Shown here in pieces: positions 10,395-19,045 of a stretch of 64,000 nt of DNA. The DNA comes from an uncultured Nitrospiraceae bacterium (GTDB lineage Bacteria; Nitrospirota; Thermodesulfovibrionia; Thermodesulfovibrionales; SM23-35), in the NCBI GenBank assembly GCA_963727775.1, contig CAVSHB010000003.1, positions 160,001-224,000 on the forward strand. The letters are read 5' to 3'. The first letter of the stretch is position 1; every line of letters begins with the position of its first letter. The position numbers and the translations under genes were made by a program. The notes beneath the pieces are model-generated. The model saw only the letters and a program-made list of their open reading frames with translations, was not told where the DNA came from and made no database searches.

Positions 10395-11057
10395 ATGGAT
10401 GCCATTGAGTGCATTAAAACCAGGATGAGTATCAGGAAATTCAAGCCTGACCCCGTGCCTATGGAAACGTTAATGAAAGTTATCGATGCGGCGAAATGGA
10501 GTCCTTCATATAAGAACAGCCAGCCGTGGGAAATTGTGATTATTTCGGGAGAGAAGAAAGAGGCCCTGTCAAAACTTATGGTGGAGCTTCTTGAAAACGG
10601 TACTGAACCCAGCCCTGATCTTCCCGCTCCCAAGTCGTGGCCACCTGTGATAGAGGCTAGGATTTCAGCCCTCATGAAAAAAAGGAGCGAGCTGACAGGA
10701 AAGGATTTGAATTCTCCGGAGGTCAGGCAAAGGTCCAAAATCGTAAACTTCGAGTTTTATAAAGCGCCGCACGGCATATTCCTTTCCCAGGATTTATCTC
10801 TCACTGAATGGTCAATTTTTGATATGGGTCTTTTTGCCCAGAGCCTCATGCTCGCTGCGCATGCGTACGGCCTCGGGACAGTCCCGCAGGCATTTCTCAC
10901 TGACTATGCGAGACACGTAAAGGAGTTTCTTGGCATCCCTGAATCTAAAAGGCTTGTTCTCGGCATATCAATCGGTTATCCCGATTTGGAATCGCCGGTC
11001 AACAGCTCCAGGACTGACAGGGCAGGCACTGCAGAGATTGTAAGGATGGTCGAATAG
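10395..11057 (+). CDS. Nitroreductase family protein
   Basis: IKTRMSIRKF, SPSYKNSQPW, LMLAAHAYGLGT, ISIGYPD. Confidence 0.92.
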   Translation: MDAIECIKTRMSIRKFKPDPVPMETLMKVIDAAKWSPSYKNSQPWEIVIISGEKKEALSKLMVELLENGTEPSPDLPAPKSWPPVIEARISALMKKRSELTGKDLNSPEVRQRSKIVNFEFYKAPHGIFLSQDLSLTEWSIFDMGLFAQSLMLAAHAYGLGTVPQAFLTDYARHVKEFLGIPESKRLVLGISIGYPDLESPVNSSRTDRAGTAEIVRMVE

Positions 11058-11084
11058 GCAGAAATCGTCTTTACGTGTTTTGAA

Positions 11085-11108
11085 GTGGGGCGCAGAGGAT
11101 CGCCCCAC
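11085..11108. terminator. Hairpin between convergent genes
   Basis: GTGGGGCG-CAGAGGAT-CGCCCCAC, an 8-bp stem with a weak U-tract. Confidence 0.45.
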
Positions 11109-11118
11109 CATGGATGTC

Positions 11119-11682
11119 TTAATCGGGCTGTATCTTGGTGAACTTCGCGCCCTTAATAGATAGCCCTCCCATCAAACCCTTCTGGTTGAAGACAAAGCCT
11201 GCAATAGGATGCTGGCTCCGCAATGTCTCGACAGAGAGGTTTGCGCCCGCGTCGATGAGAGTAACCTCCGCGTCAACACCGGCCTCCCAGCCCTCACTAC
11301 CGCGGAATTTCTTCAGCATTTCATCAGTCATAAACAGTATGACCATGTCGTATTTCTCGGCGCCGATCTGCCATCCAACCGACCCTTCCGTAAGGCTGTA
11401 ATAACCAACGGTTCTGCCGCCGACCATCAGCGCACCCTGGCCATACTTTCCGCCGATGATGAACCCGGCCTTGGTGATTTTCGGCATGACCAGCACTCCC
11501 TTGGCGCCTTTCAGATATGCAGTGCTTCCCTTAACATGCTTCTTGAAACGGTCCATCGCTGCTTTGACGCTTGCGTTTATTTCGCCTTTCGTTTTCGCAT
11601 AAGATTCTGTGGTGAGCAAAGAAAAGACGATTGCAAAACATAAAATTACAGTAACCCCTCTGCAGACATTGTGAATCTTCAT
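11119..11682 (-). CDS. Exported YSC84/SYLF lipid-binding domain protein
   Basis: Signal peptide, AKGVLVMPKITKAGFIIGGKYGQG, GSVGWQIGA, KGLMGGLSIKGAKF. Confidence 0.85.
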   Translation of the reverse strand: MKIHNVCRGVTVILCFAIVFSLLTTESYAKTKGEINASVKAAMDRFKKHVKGSTAYLKGAKGVLVMPKITKAGFIIGGKYGQGALMVGGRTVGYYSLTEGSVGWQIGAEKYDMVILFMTDEMLKKFRGSEGWEAGVDAEVTLIDAGANLSVETLRSQHPIAGFVFNQKGLMGGLSIKGAKFTKIQPD

Positions 11683-12095
11683 AGCTCCCTGTCCTCCTTT
11701 TTATCGGTGCCTGTTTTTCGACCTATCCTCTGTACACGGTCAAGAAAGACACCCGTTTACAAACAGCAATAAAGTTTTCCGTGATAATAAAATTATCTTT
11801 GCGATTTTAGCGCAGTATAAATATTTTTGCCCTGTGACCTTTATTAATATTATCGCGTTACCGCCCAATCAGATTATAGCAGCACAAGAAGCCCTTTTGA
11901 AGGCGATGGCAGAGGGTAAAGGCCAAATTTTAGCTGCTGGACAATCAATAATATCTTGTCCGGGCATTTTAGCGTATCATAGTAGGATAAAAAAATATTC
12001 CGAGAGTATTCTGGCGAAACTTGGGAAGCTGAAAGGTGAATATCCGATACGCACGGAGGAGCTTAGAAAATATCCGCAGGGAGAAGCGGTAGAAG

Positions 12096-12995
12096 ATGGG
12101 GACTTTGTGGCAGAAGATCCTCCGGACAACAGATTATGCCCTCCGGACTGGGGCCCAACTCCCCATCCCCACGGATTATGAATTCATTGAAGACGGGGAG
12201 GTACGTTTTTTCGTAAGGATTGTGACAAGCCTTCAGCGCAAGGACGAAGAGAGGAAGAAACAGCAGGAGGAGCTTATGTCCGGAACAAAGGTGAATCCCT
12301 TTCTCCCCTATGACGAAAAACTGTTTGTCACTGATATTTCAGAAACCCACATAGCTTTGCTCAATAAGTATAATGTAGTGGACCATCACCTTCTCATCGT
12401 CACACGCCACTTTGAAGACCAGCGGTCCCTGCTTACTCTTCAGGATTTTGAAGCGCTGTGGCTGTGTATGGCGGAATACGAGGGACTCGGATTCTATAAC
12501 GGCGGAGAGACTGCCGGTGCGAGCCAAAGACACAAGCACATCCAGGTTGTACCTCTGCCCCTTGCACCCGAAGGGCCGCAAGTGCCTATAAATCCTCTAC
12601 TCGCCGAAGCGGCATTCGAAAACGGTCTCGGCATTGTTCCGGGTTTTGACTTCCTCCATGTCTTTGCCGGACTTGAAAGCGATCTCGCGGGTTTCCCTCT
12701 CGCTGCGGCTAAAAAAACCTTTGATATATACTCTGCCATGCTCGGAAGGCTGGGAATGGAGATGCCTTCAACTGAAGTTCTGAAGAAGCAGACTTCTCCT
12801 TACTGCCTTCTCGTCACCAGACAATGGATGCTCCTTGTGCCGAGGTCTGTAGAGTTTTGCGACTCCATCTCCATCAATTCGCTCGGCTTTGCCGGCGCCC
12901 TCCTTGTGCGGAACAGGGACCAGATGGACTTCCTGAAAAAACACGGTCCCATGAACGCTCTTAAAGGGGTCGCTTTTCCAGACAAGAATTTTTAA
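12096..12995 (+). CDS. ATP adenylyltransferase / Ap4A phosphorylase (APA2-like, HIT fold)
   Basis: NPFLPYD, LLNKYNVVDHHLLIVT, GFYNGGETAGASQRHKHIQ, INSLGFAGALLV. Confidence 0.9.
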   Translation: MGTLWQKILRTTDYALRTGAQLPIPTDYEFIEDGEVRFFVRIVTSLQRKDEERKKQQEELMSGTKVNPFLPYDEKLFVTDISETHIALLNKYNVVDHHLLIVTRHFEDQRSLLTLQDFEALWLCMAEYEGLGFYNGGETAGASQRHKHIQVVPLPLAPEGPQVPINPLLAEAAFENGLGIVPGFDFLHVFAGLESDLAGFPLAAAKKTFDIYSAMLGRLGMEMPSTEVLKKQTSPYCLLVTRQWMLLVPRSVEFCDSISINSLGFAGALLVRNRDQMDFLKKHGPMNALKGVAFPDKNF

Positions 12996-13044
12996 AAGGC
13001 GGATATCTTTTTATTGGGGTAGTAGAAACAAAATGAAAACAGAG

Positions 13045-13072
13045 GTCTCCTGCGGCTTGTGCCGCAGGAGAC
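13045..13072 (-). terminator. Intrinsic terminator of the small Cys-rich ORF
   Basis: Perfect 12-bp stem GTCTCCTGCGGC-TTGT-GCCGCAGGAGAC with a U-rich run downstream on the minus strand. Confidence 0.7.
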
Positions 13073-13080
13073 GACATTAA

Positions 13081-13239
13081 TTAACCTTCACAACAAACGC
13101 GTCTCATTTTTTTCTTCCCGGATGGGGAAACCGACAGAACTACTTCAACCTTATTCCCGCATAAGCTGCAGCGCTGTACCCTGTTTTTTGATTCAGCCCT
13201 TGCCGAAACGTCGGTCTTTGACTTTCCTTTCTCTGCCAT
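13081..13239 (-). CDS. Small 52-aa basic Cys-rich protein (not in ORF track)
   Basis: MAEKGKSKTDVSARAESKNRVQRCSLCGNKVEVVLSVSPSGKKKMRRVCCEG. Has an AAGGAG RBS, an upstream promoter and a downstream terminator. Confidence 0.7.
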   Translation of the reverse strand: MAEKGKSKTDVSARAESKNRVQRCSLCGNKVEVVLSVSPSGKKKMRRVCCEG

Positions 13240-13398
13240 AATAATTACTCCTTTCGTTTTTTAAATCATTAATCAAAACGTCAAAAGTTTACCTTCTAAC
13301 GTTCGCCGGACACGCAGTTTTCCTTCTTCTTATCCTGTTTTGGATTGGTACATCCAATGCGGGTTAAACGCACATCAGGAAATTCCAGGAAACTAAAT

Positions 13399-13428
13399 AA
13401 TCTAATATAATTAAATGACCCTTGTCAA
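13399..13428 (-). promoter_or_regulatory. Sigma70 promoter for the small ORF
   Basis: Minus-strand TTGACA (13428-13423) - 18 bp - TAGATT (13404-13399). Confidence 0.55.
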
Positions 13429-13505
13429 GAGCCTAGTTTTTCAACAGCGCTGATTTTAGCAATATTTACAGGCATGCAACAACTGTCAGAAGGACGGAAA
13501 TATGT

Positions 13506-14066
13506 TTATTCCTGAGTGAGCCATTTTTTGAGGGTGTCCATTGCTTTTTCACTCAATCCCAAAACAGGCATTTTTCCCTCGCCCGACATTTGCTCCAAGA
13601 CTTTCCACATCTCGGTCTTCACTATCCCATAGGAGTCGGTGAAATTTTGCAGGTTTTGTTCCATTTGCGGCATGACGGTCATCATATCTTTTGACGCCTC
13701 TTCATATCTTTCCAGCCGCGCATAGGATACTCCCCTGGCGAACTTCGCCATAGCATAATCGGTCTTCAGTTCCAAAGCCTTAGTAAAATCCGAAATTGCA
13801 TCCTCAAATTCATTCTTCATCATGTATGCTATGCCGCGAAAGAAATATGCCCTGGGGCTTTTCTTGTTTGCATTTATAGCGTCGCTGAAATCATCGACGG
13901 CCTTATCGACATCCTTCAGTTTCACATAAGCAACTCCCCGGCTTAAATGGACGATATAAGGATCGGCCCCCGCCTCTTTTGCTTTGGTAAAAGCTTCGAT
14001 ACTTTCTTTATCCTTGCCGTCAACGAAAAGCAATTGAGCTTTTCTTATTAGTTCCTGAGTATCCAT
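13506..14066 (-). CDS. Tetratricopeptide repeat protein
   Basis: Repeats HLSRGVAYVKL...AVDDFSDAI and YFFRGIAYMM...AISDFTKAL. Confidence 0.88.
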   Translation of the reverse strand: MDTQELIRKAQLLFVDGKDKESIEAFTKAKEAGADPYIVHLSRGVAYVKLKDVDKAVDDFSDAINANKKSPRAYFFRGIAYMMKNEFEDAISDFTKALELKTDYAMAKFARGVSYARLERYEEASKDMMTVMPQMEQNLQNFTDSYGIVKTEMWKVLEQMSGEGKMPVLGLSEKAMDTLKKWLTQE

Positions 14067-14132
14067 GTAACCTCCATCGTTAGAGTTGTTTAAACTAAGA
14101 ACTATACTATAATTTTCCGAATCATATTTCTT

Positions 14133-15476
14133 TTATCCGATCATCCATTTACCGCGTTTTTTTCTGTGCTCTTCAACCTCTTTTCTTTGGTCCTCAAATC
14201 CCTTCTTCCCCATCATGCCGTATGTAAGATTCTTGCCCTCCTCAACGCCGGGCTGATTAAAGGGATTGATCTTATATAGATAGCCTGTAAAGGCGGTTGA
14301 GAGTTCAAAGAAATGGAACAATTGTCCCAGGTGATACGCATCTATCGCCGGCATTGTAATTGTCATGCTCGGCCTTGCGGCCTTTGCCAGGGCCAGCTCC
14401 GTGGCCTCCTCTTCCGCCTTTATGAGTTCAGACAAAGAATGTCCCGACAGATAACTGATCCCTTCGATCTCCTTAAACACTTTTGGTATTTTTATGTCGG
14501 CTCCGTAATCATCAACCTTAATAAATATCAGGACCTTGTCCTGGGGACCTTCTATCCATAATTGCAACTGCGAGTGCTGGTCGGTTGTTCCCAGAGAAGG
14601 ATAAGGAGTAAGTCCCGTATTGTCTTTCCCGAGACTTTCCGCCCACAGCTGGCAGAACCATTCAGAGAGCGGTTTCAATCTGTCCGCGTAGGGGATCATC
14701 ACGTCGGTACCCCTCTGCTTTTTCTTGTCCATTAAATAAAGCAATGTCCCAAAGATATATGCGGGATTTTTCCAGACGTCGGGGCAGGAGCATTTTTTAT
14801 GTATATCCTTTGCCCCTCTCAACAGTTCATCGGAGTCGATACCTATAACCTCTGCAAGCAAGAGGCCTACAGGGCTCAATACGGAATACCTGCCCCCAAC
14901 GCCTTGCGGTATGGGCAGAGACACCAACCCGTTATCGTTAACGATACTCCTGAGATTTCCTTTTTCAGGGTCTGTAGTAATTATGAATTGTCTTGATATT
15001 TTTTCCCCAAGCGCCTTCTTCATCTTGCTCCATAAAATCATGAAAGATGCCGCGGTTTCAGCGGTGCTTCCGGATTTTGATATGACATTCACGGAGGTCG
15101 CTTTCAGGTCAATAATTTCAAGTATGTTTTTCAATGTCCCCGGATCAACATTGTCGTATATGAATACACGGGGTTTCTTCTTTAAGTTATGAAAAGGGCT
15201 TAATGCCTCAAGTATTGCTTTGGGCCCCAGCGCAGAGCCTCCAATACCGAGCAATAAGAAATTCTCTGATGTTTTTCTTATCTGCCTTGCGGTTCTCTTT
15301 ATCTCCGATGTATCCTGAGACAGGAGGTTTATAAAAGAGAGTACGGGACCGAGTTTCTCCTTTAATCGTATGTGGGCTTCTCCTGTTCTGCCGCTGAGAT
15401 TTTTTATTGTGTTTTCTGAAAGCCCATTGGCTCCGATTATCTTTGCCATCATATTAGAAAAATTCAGCTGTATCAT
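14133..15476 (-). CDS. pgi: Glucose-6-phosphate isomerase
   Basis: LGIGGSALG, ISKSGSTAET, VGGRYSVLS, QLWAESLGK, DQHS, NPFNQPGVEEGK. Confidence 0.96.
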   Translation of the reverse strand: MIQLNFSNMMAKIIGANGLSENTIKNLSGRTGEAHIRLKEKLGPVLSFINLLSQDTSEIKRTARQIRKTSENFLLLGIGGSALGPKAILEALSPFHNLKKKPRVFIYDNVDPGTLKNILEIIDLKATSVNVISKSGSTAETAASFMILWSKMKKALGEKISRQFIITTDPEKGNLRSIVNDNGLVSLPIPQGVGGRYSVLSPVGLLLAEVIGIDSDELLRGAKDIHKKCSCPDVWKNPAYIFGTLLYLMDKKKQRGTDVMIPYADRLKPLSEWFCQLWAESLGKDNTGLTPYPSLGTTDQHSQLQLWIEGPQDKVLIFIKVDDYGADIKIPKVFKEIEGISYLSGHSLSELIKAEEEATELALAKAARPSMTITMPAIDAYHLGQLFHFFELSTAFTGYLYKINPFNQPGVEEGKNLTYGMMGKKGFEDQRKEVEEHRKKRGKWMIG

Positions 15477-15519
15477 TTCCTCCCCTTGCGTATACGCCTG
15501 TGATCAATTCCATTTTGAG

Positions 15520-15903
15520 TTAAGGTTTTGAGTCGTCTGTGTAATTTTGCCCGGAGGACTCTTTTGCGAACCTTAACCCCTCTTTTATTACCAAAATAAA
15601 TACAACGGTGAAACCGACGAGAACACCCACAAAGTTTATCAGCTTGAGTAAACCGAGAACGACAAGTATAAAAGCAATCATAAAAAACCTGAAAAGACTG
15701 AGGAAGACAACCTTTCCGCTCGGTCTTGATGAAGCGGCAAAATCCCTTAACCCCCAAGCAAGACCTTTAATGTTTGCAAGTCCGAGTGCTCCGCCAACGA
15801 GAATGCTTAAAGGGAGTTTTTTCCACTCATAGAATGCTGAAACAGCTGCGAGAACAATTAGAATGATTGTCCCCTGCCTATGGATTCTTTTTATCAGACT
15901 CAT
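15520..15903 (-). CDS. atpI: ATP synthase subunit I-like membrane protein
   Basis: 127 aa with four TM segments and a GGALGLAN motif; directly downstream of an AtpZ-like gene. Confidence 0.65.
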   Translation of the reverse strand: MSLIKRIHRQGTIILIVLAAVSAFYEWKKLPLSILVGGALGLANIKGLAWGLRDFAASSRPSGKVVFLSLFRFFMIAFILVVLGLLKLINFVGVLVGFTVVFILVIKEGLRFAKESSGQNYTDDSKP

Positions 15904-16126
15904 CCCCGGATTTCTTTGCCATCATAAAAAGGTCCTTAAAGCCTGCTATAATGCCGAATATCGTGAAAATAAAGAGAAGCCACGGCGCCGTATGGACATG
16001 GAACCATTTATCCATAGCATAATCAAGCCCATACCCCATCAAACCCCCGATAACAGTGGAGATTACAAGATTAAGTCCGACTGTGCTCGCTTCGAGAAGC
16101 TGTTTGAATACTGATTTTTCCGGCAT
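15878..16126 (-). CDS. AtpZ/AtpI family protein (ATPase gene 1)
   Basis: STVGLNLVISTVIGGLMGYGLD...TAPWLLFIFTIFGIIAGF. Confidence 0.85.
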   Translation of the reverse strand: MPEKSVFKQLLEASTVGLNLVISTVIGGLMGYGLDYAMDKWFHVHTAPWLLFIFTIFGIIAGFKDLFMMAKKSGDESDKKNP

Positions 16127-16219
16127 ATATTTTCCCTAACCATATAGATTTTAGCATAGAACAAGCTCAAATAATGAGGAGATAAATTTATAGCATTTGA
16201 GATTGGTTTTTTTGATCGG

Positions 16220-17506
16220 TTATTTGACTTCCAGTAGAGACCTGTAAGCTGCCGAAACAGTTTTTTCTATGTCCTTTTCCGAATGCGCGAGGGATATAAA
16301 CCCGGCCTCGAACTGCGAAGGAGCAATATATATTCCCCTTTTGAGCATCCCTGAAAAGAACCGGGAGAATTTTACTGTATCAGAAGTCTTCGCCGTCTTA
16401 TAATCAATGACATCGGCATTAGTAAAATAACTGCAGAACATCGTTCCCGCCCTGTAAAATTTTGTATTTACCCCTGCTTTTTTTGCCGCGTCTCTAAGTC
16501 CCCTTTCCAACAGAGAGGCCGTATCTTCGAGTCTTTTATATGTGCTTTTTTGCGCGAGTATCTTAAGGGTCTCTATCCCGGCCGTCATTGCAATAGGATT
16601 GCCCGATAACGTGCCTGCCTGGTAAACAGGGCCTTCCGGCGATACCATCGACATGATTTCCTTTTTCCCGCCATAGGCGCCGACCGGTAACCCTCCGCCG
16701 ATAACCTTACCGAGACAGGTCATGTCGGGTGTAACGCCGTAGTACGCCTGTGCGCCGCCAAAAGCCACTCTGAATCCTGTCATCACTTCATCGAAAATGA
16801 GAACAATCCCGTGGTCGTTTGTCAGCTTTCTCAATGATTCAAGAAATCCCTGCTGAGGTAGGACGCAGCCGATATTCCCCACAACCGGTTCAAGTATTAT
16901 GCACGCAATGGATTTCCATTCATTTTTAATTACCTTTGTTACTGCCTGTATATTATTAAACGGGAGGGTTATTGTATTTCTTGCATAGGATTTAGGTACG
17001 CCGGGACTGTCCGGCAGTCCAAATGTGGTAGCCCCGGAACCGGCTTTAACAAGCAAACCGTCGGCATGTCCATGATAACACCCTTCAAACTTTATAATTT
17101 TATCTTTGCCTGTAAATCCGCGCGCTGCCCTAATGGCGCTCATTGTTGCCTCTGTCCCCGAGTTTACCATCCTCACCTTATCCATCGACGGATAGGCTCT
17201 CAGCACCAACTCCGCAAGCTCGACCTCAAGGGAAGTGGGCGCTCCGTAACTTGTCCCCTTCGCTAATGCCCGCTTGAGCGCATTGATAACTTTCGGATAG
17301 GCGTGTCCGAGAATGAGAGGCCCCCATGAAAGGACATAGTCTATATAGACATTGCCGTCGACATCGTAGATCTTTGATCCTTTTGCCCTGTCAATAAAAA
17401 CCGGATTTCCCCCAACCGCTTTGAATGCCCGCACAGGGCTGTTGACTCCTCCCGGGATAAGCTTGCACGCTCTCTCATATAACTTATGTGATTTTTTAGT
17501 TTCCAT
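16220..17506 (-). CDS. hemL: Glutamate-1-semialdehyde 2,1-aminomutase
   Basis: [54 protein letters not shown]. Confidence 0.97.
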   Translation of the reverse strand: METKKSHKLYERACKLIPGGVNSPVRAFKAVGGNPVFIDRAKGSKIYDVDGNVYIDYVLSWGPLILGHAYPKVINALKRALAKGTSYGAPTSLEVELAELVLRAYPSMDKVRMVNSGTEATMSAIRAARGFTGKDKIIKFEGCYHGHADGLLVKAGSGATTFGLPDSPGVPKSYARNTITLPFNNIQAVTKVIKNEWKSIACIILEPVVGNIGCVLPQQGFLESLRKLTNDHGIVLIFDEVMTGFRVAFGGAQAYYGVTPDMTCLGKVIGGGLPVGAYGGKKEIMSMVSPEGPVYQAGTLSGNPIAMTAGIETLKILAQKSTYKRLEDTASLLERGLRDAAKKAGVNTKFYRAGTMFCSYFTNADVIDYKTAKTSDTVKFSRFFSGMLKRGIYIAPSQFEAGFISLAHSEKDIEKTVSAAYRSLLEVK

Positions 17507-17614
17507 TTAAAACTCCTTTAAATTTGCTTAACCAAAATAATAACATTTTTTATGTGCTAAAATAATGTCTCTTATGCTATAAAAGTATAACTTAATATTA
17601 TTTAGGAGGTTTGA

Positions 17615-18562
17615 ATGAGAAGAATTACGATTTCAGTGCTGATTATTTTTTTATTGTTAGCGGTCGCTGCATGCGCCAAGAAGGAGGGTCCGACAGGTCC
17701 TTACCTTGCAAAGGTAGGAAATGCAACGATAACGCAGGCTGATCTTGAGAGAGAGATGAAAAACCTGCCCGAGTTTGCGCAGGCGCTTTTTGCGGGCAGC
17801 GACGGGAAGGAGAAGTTTCTTAATGAACTTGTAAAGAAGGAAATCCTCTATCAGGAGGCAGTGAAGAAGGGACTTGATAAAGACCCTGAATACCTGAAAA
17901 AGGTTGAGGATTTTAAGAAAATTACTCTCATAGGGAGCCTTCTCGAAAAAGAGATTGAGGCCAAGTCAAAGGTCACGGAAAAAGATGTAAAAGACTATTA
18001 TGATAAACACAAGGAAGAAATTTCTTCAGTCAGCCAGATTAAGGCGAGCCATATCCTTGTAAAAACGGAAGATGAAGCCAATAAAATATACGAAAGCCTC
18101 AAGAAGGGCGCGAACTTCGCTGAGTTGGCAAAGAAGAATTCCATCGATCCCGGTTCTGCAAAGAACGGCGGAGACCTCGGCTTTTTCTCTAAGGGCCAGA
18201 TGGTCCCCGAGTTTGAAGCAGCTGCGGCCAAACTAAAGGTAGGGGAAATAAGTCAGCCTGTAAAGACAAAATATGGATATCATATTATAAAAGTTACCGA
18301 CAAGAAGTTAGGCAAGCCCATCGAATTTGATAAAGTAAAAGGGTTGCTTTCCCAGCGTGTTGCCGCCGAGAAGCAGAAAGAAGCTTTTGATTCGTATCTT
18401 GAAAACCTGAAGAAAAGTTACAAGGTGGAGATCAACAAAGATGCGGTTTCCAAGCTCTCTGTTGGAGGAGAGAAGAAAGAAATACTACAGGGAAAACCTG
18501 AACAAGCAGGAGAACCCAAAGAACCCCCTAAACCGGAAACAAAAGAAAAATCAGGGAAATAA
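17615..18562 (+). CDS. Parvulin-type peptidylprolyl isomerase lipoprotein (PrsA/PpiC-like)
   Basis: Lipobox VAAC, ASHILV, GGDLGFF, MVPEFE, YGYHIIKV. Confidence 0.9.
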   Translation: MRRITISVLIIFLLLAVAACAKKEGPTGPYLAKVGNATITQADLEREMKNLPEFAQALFAGSDGKEKFLNELVKKEILYQEAVKKGLDKDPEYLKKVEDFKKITLIGSLLEKEIEAKSKVTEKDVKDYYDKHKEEISSVSQIKASHILVKTEDEANKIYESLKKGANFAELAKKNSIDPGSAKNGGDLGFFSKGQMVPEFEAAAAKLKVGEISQPVKTKYGYHIIKVTDKKLGKPIEFDKVKGLLSQRVAAEKQKEAFDSYLENLKKSYKVEINKDAVSKLSVGGEKKEILQGKPEQAGEPKEPPKPETKEKSGK

Positions 18563-18593
18563 ATTTATAATAAAGCCTCCTAATTACGGGATC

Positions 18594-18619
18594 GCAGTCC
18601 CTACAACTTTAGGGACTGC
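18594..18619 (+). terminator. Intergenic hairpin (terminator or processing site)
   Basis: GCAGTCCCTA-CAACTT-TAGGGACTGC, a 10-bp stem just before the archease start. Confidence 0.45.
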
Positions 18620-18628
18620 GGTTTATCG

Positions 18629-19045
18629 ATGAAGACCTTTGAAGTAATTGACATATCCGGAGACGTTGGCCTCAAGTCTTACGGCAAAAGTTTAAAGGAA
18701 GCCTTTCTCAATGCCGCTTTAGGGATGACCAGCCTTATTACCGATCTCGATGCAATAGAGGGAAAAAAAACTATAACTGTTTCGGTTGAAAGTCATTCGC
18801 GTGACGGACTTTTGGTTGCATGGCTGAATGAACTGATTTTTCATTTTGACGCATATGGCTTTATAGGGAAAAAGGCGGACATCGAACAGTTTTCCGGCAA
18901 TAAAATAACAGCCACTATTACCGGCGAGGAATTTGATCCCGAACGTCATGAAGGGAAACTTCTTATTAAGGCTGCTACTTACCATAATCTCAGGGTAGAA
19001 AAAAAAGATGATATATGGGAAATTGAGGTAATATTTGATATATGA
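18629..19045 (+). CDS. Archease (RtcB cofactor)
   Basis: LLVAWLNELIF, GEEFDPERH, IKAATYH, C-terminal VIFDI; ATGA overlap with rtcB. Confidence 0.92.
   Translation: MKTFEVIDISGDVGLKSYGKSLKEAFLNAALGMTSLITDLDAIEGKKTITVSVESHSRDGLLVAWLNELIFHFDAYGFIGKKADIEQFSGNKITATITGEEFDPERHEGKLLIKAATYHNLRVEKKDDIWEIEVIFDI

Noticed and set aside
11834..12181. 115-aa ORF upstream of the Ap4A phosphorylase
   Set aside because: No RBS or motif, and it overlaps the next gene out of frame; treated as intergenic.
13045..13072. Hairpin sharing the stem CCTGCGG/CCGCAGG with the IS200 ends (possible REP or MITE)
   Set aside because: Single copy with a different loop, fully explained as a terminator.
13333..13380. Hammerhead ribozyme (CUGAUG in a three-way junction)
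   Set aside because: Lacks the complete CUGANGA and GAAA core in the required arrangement.
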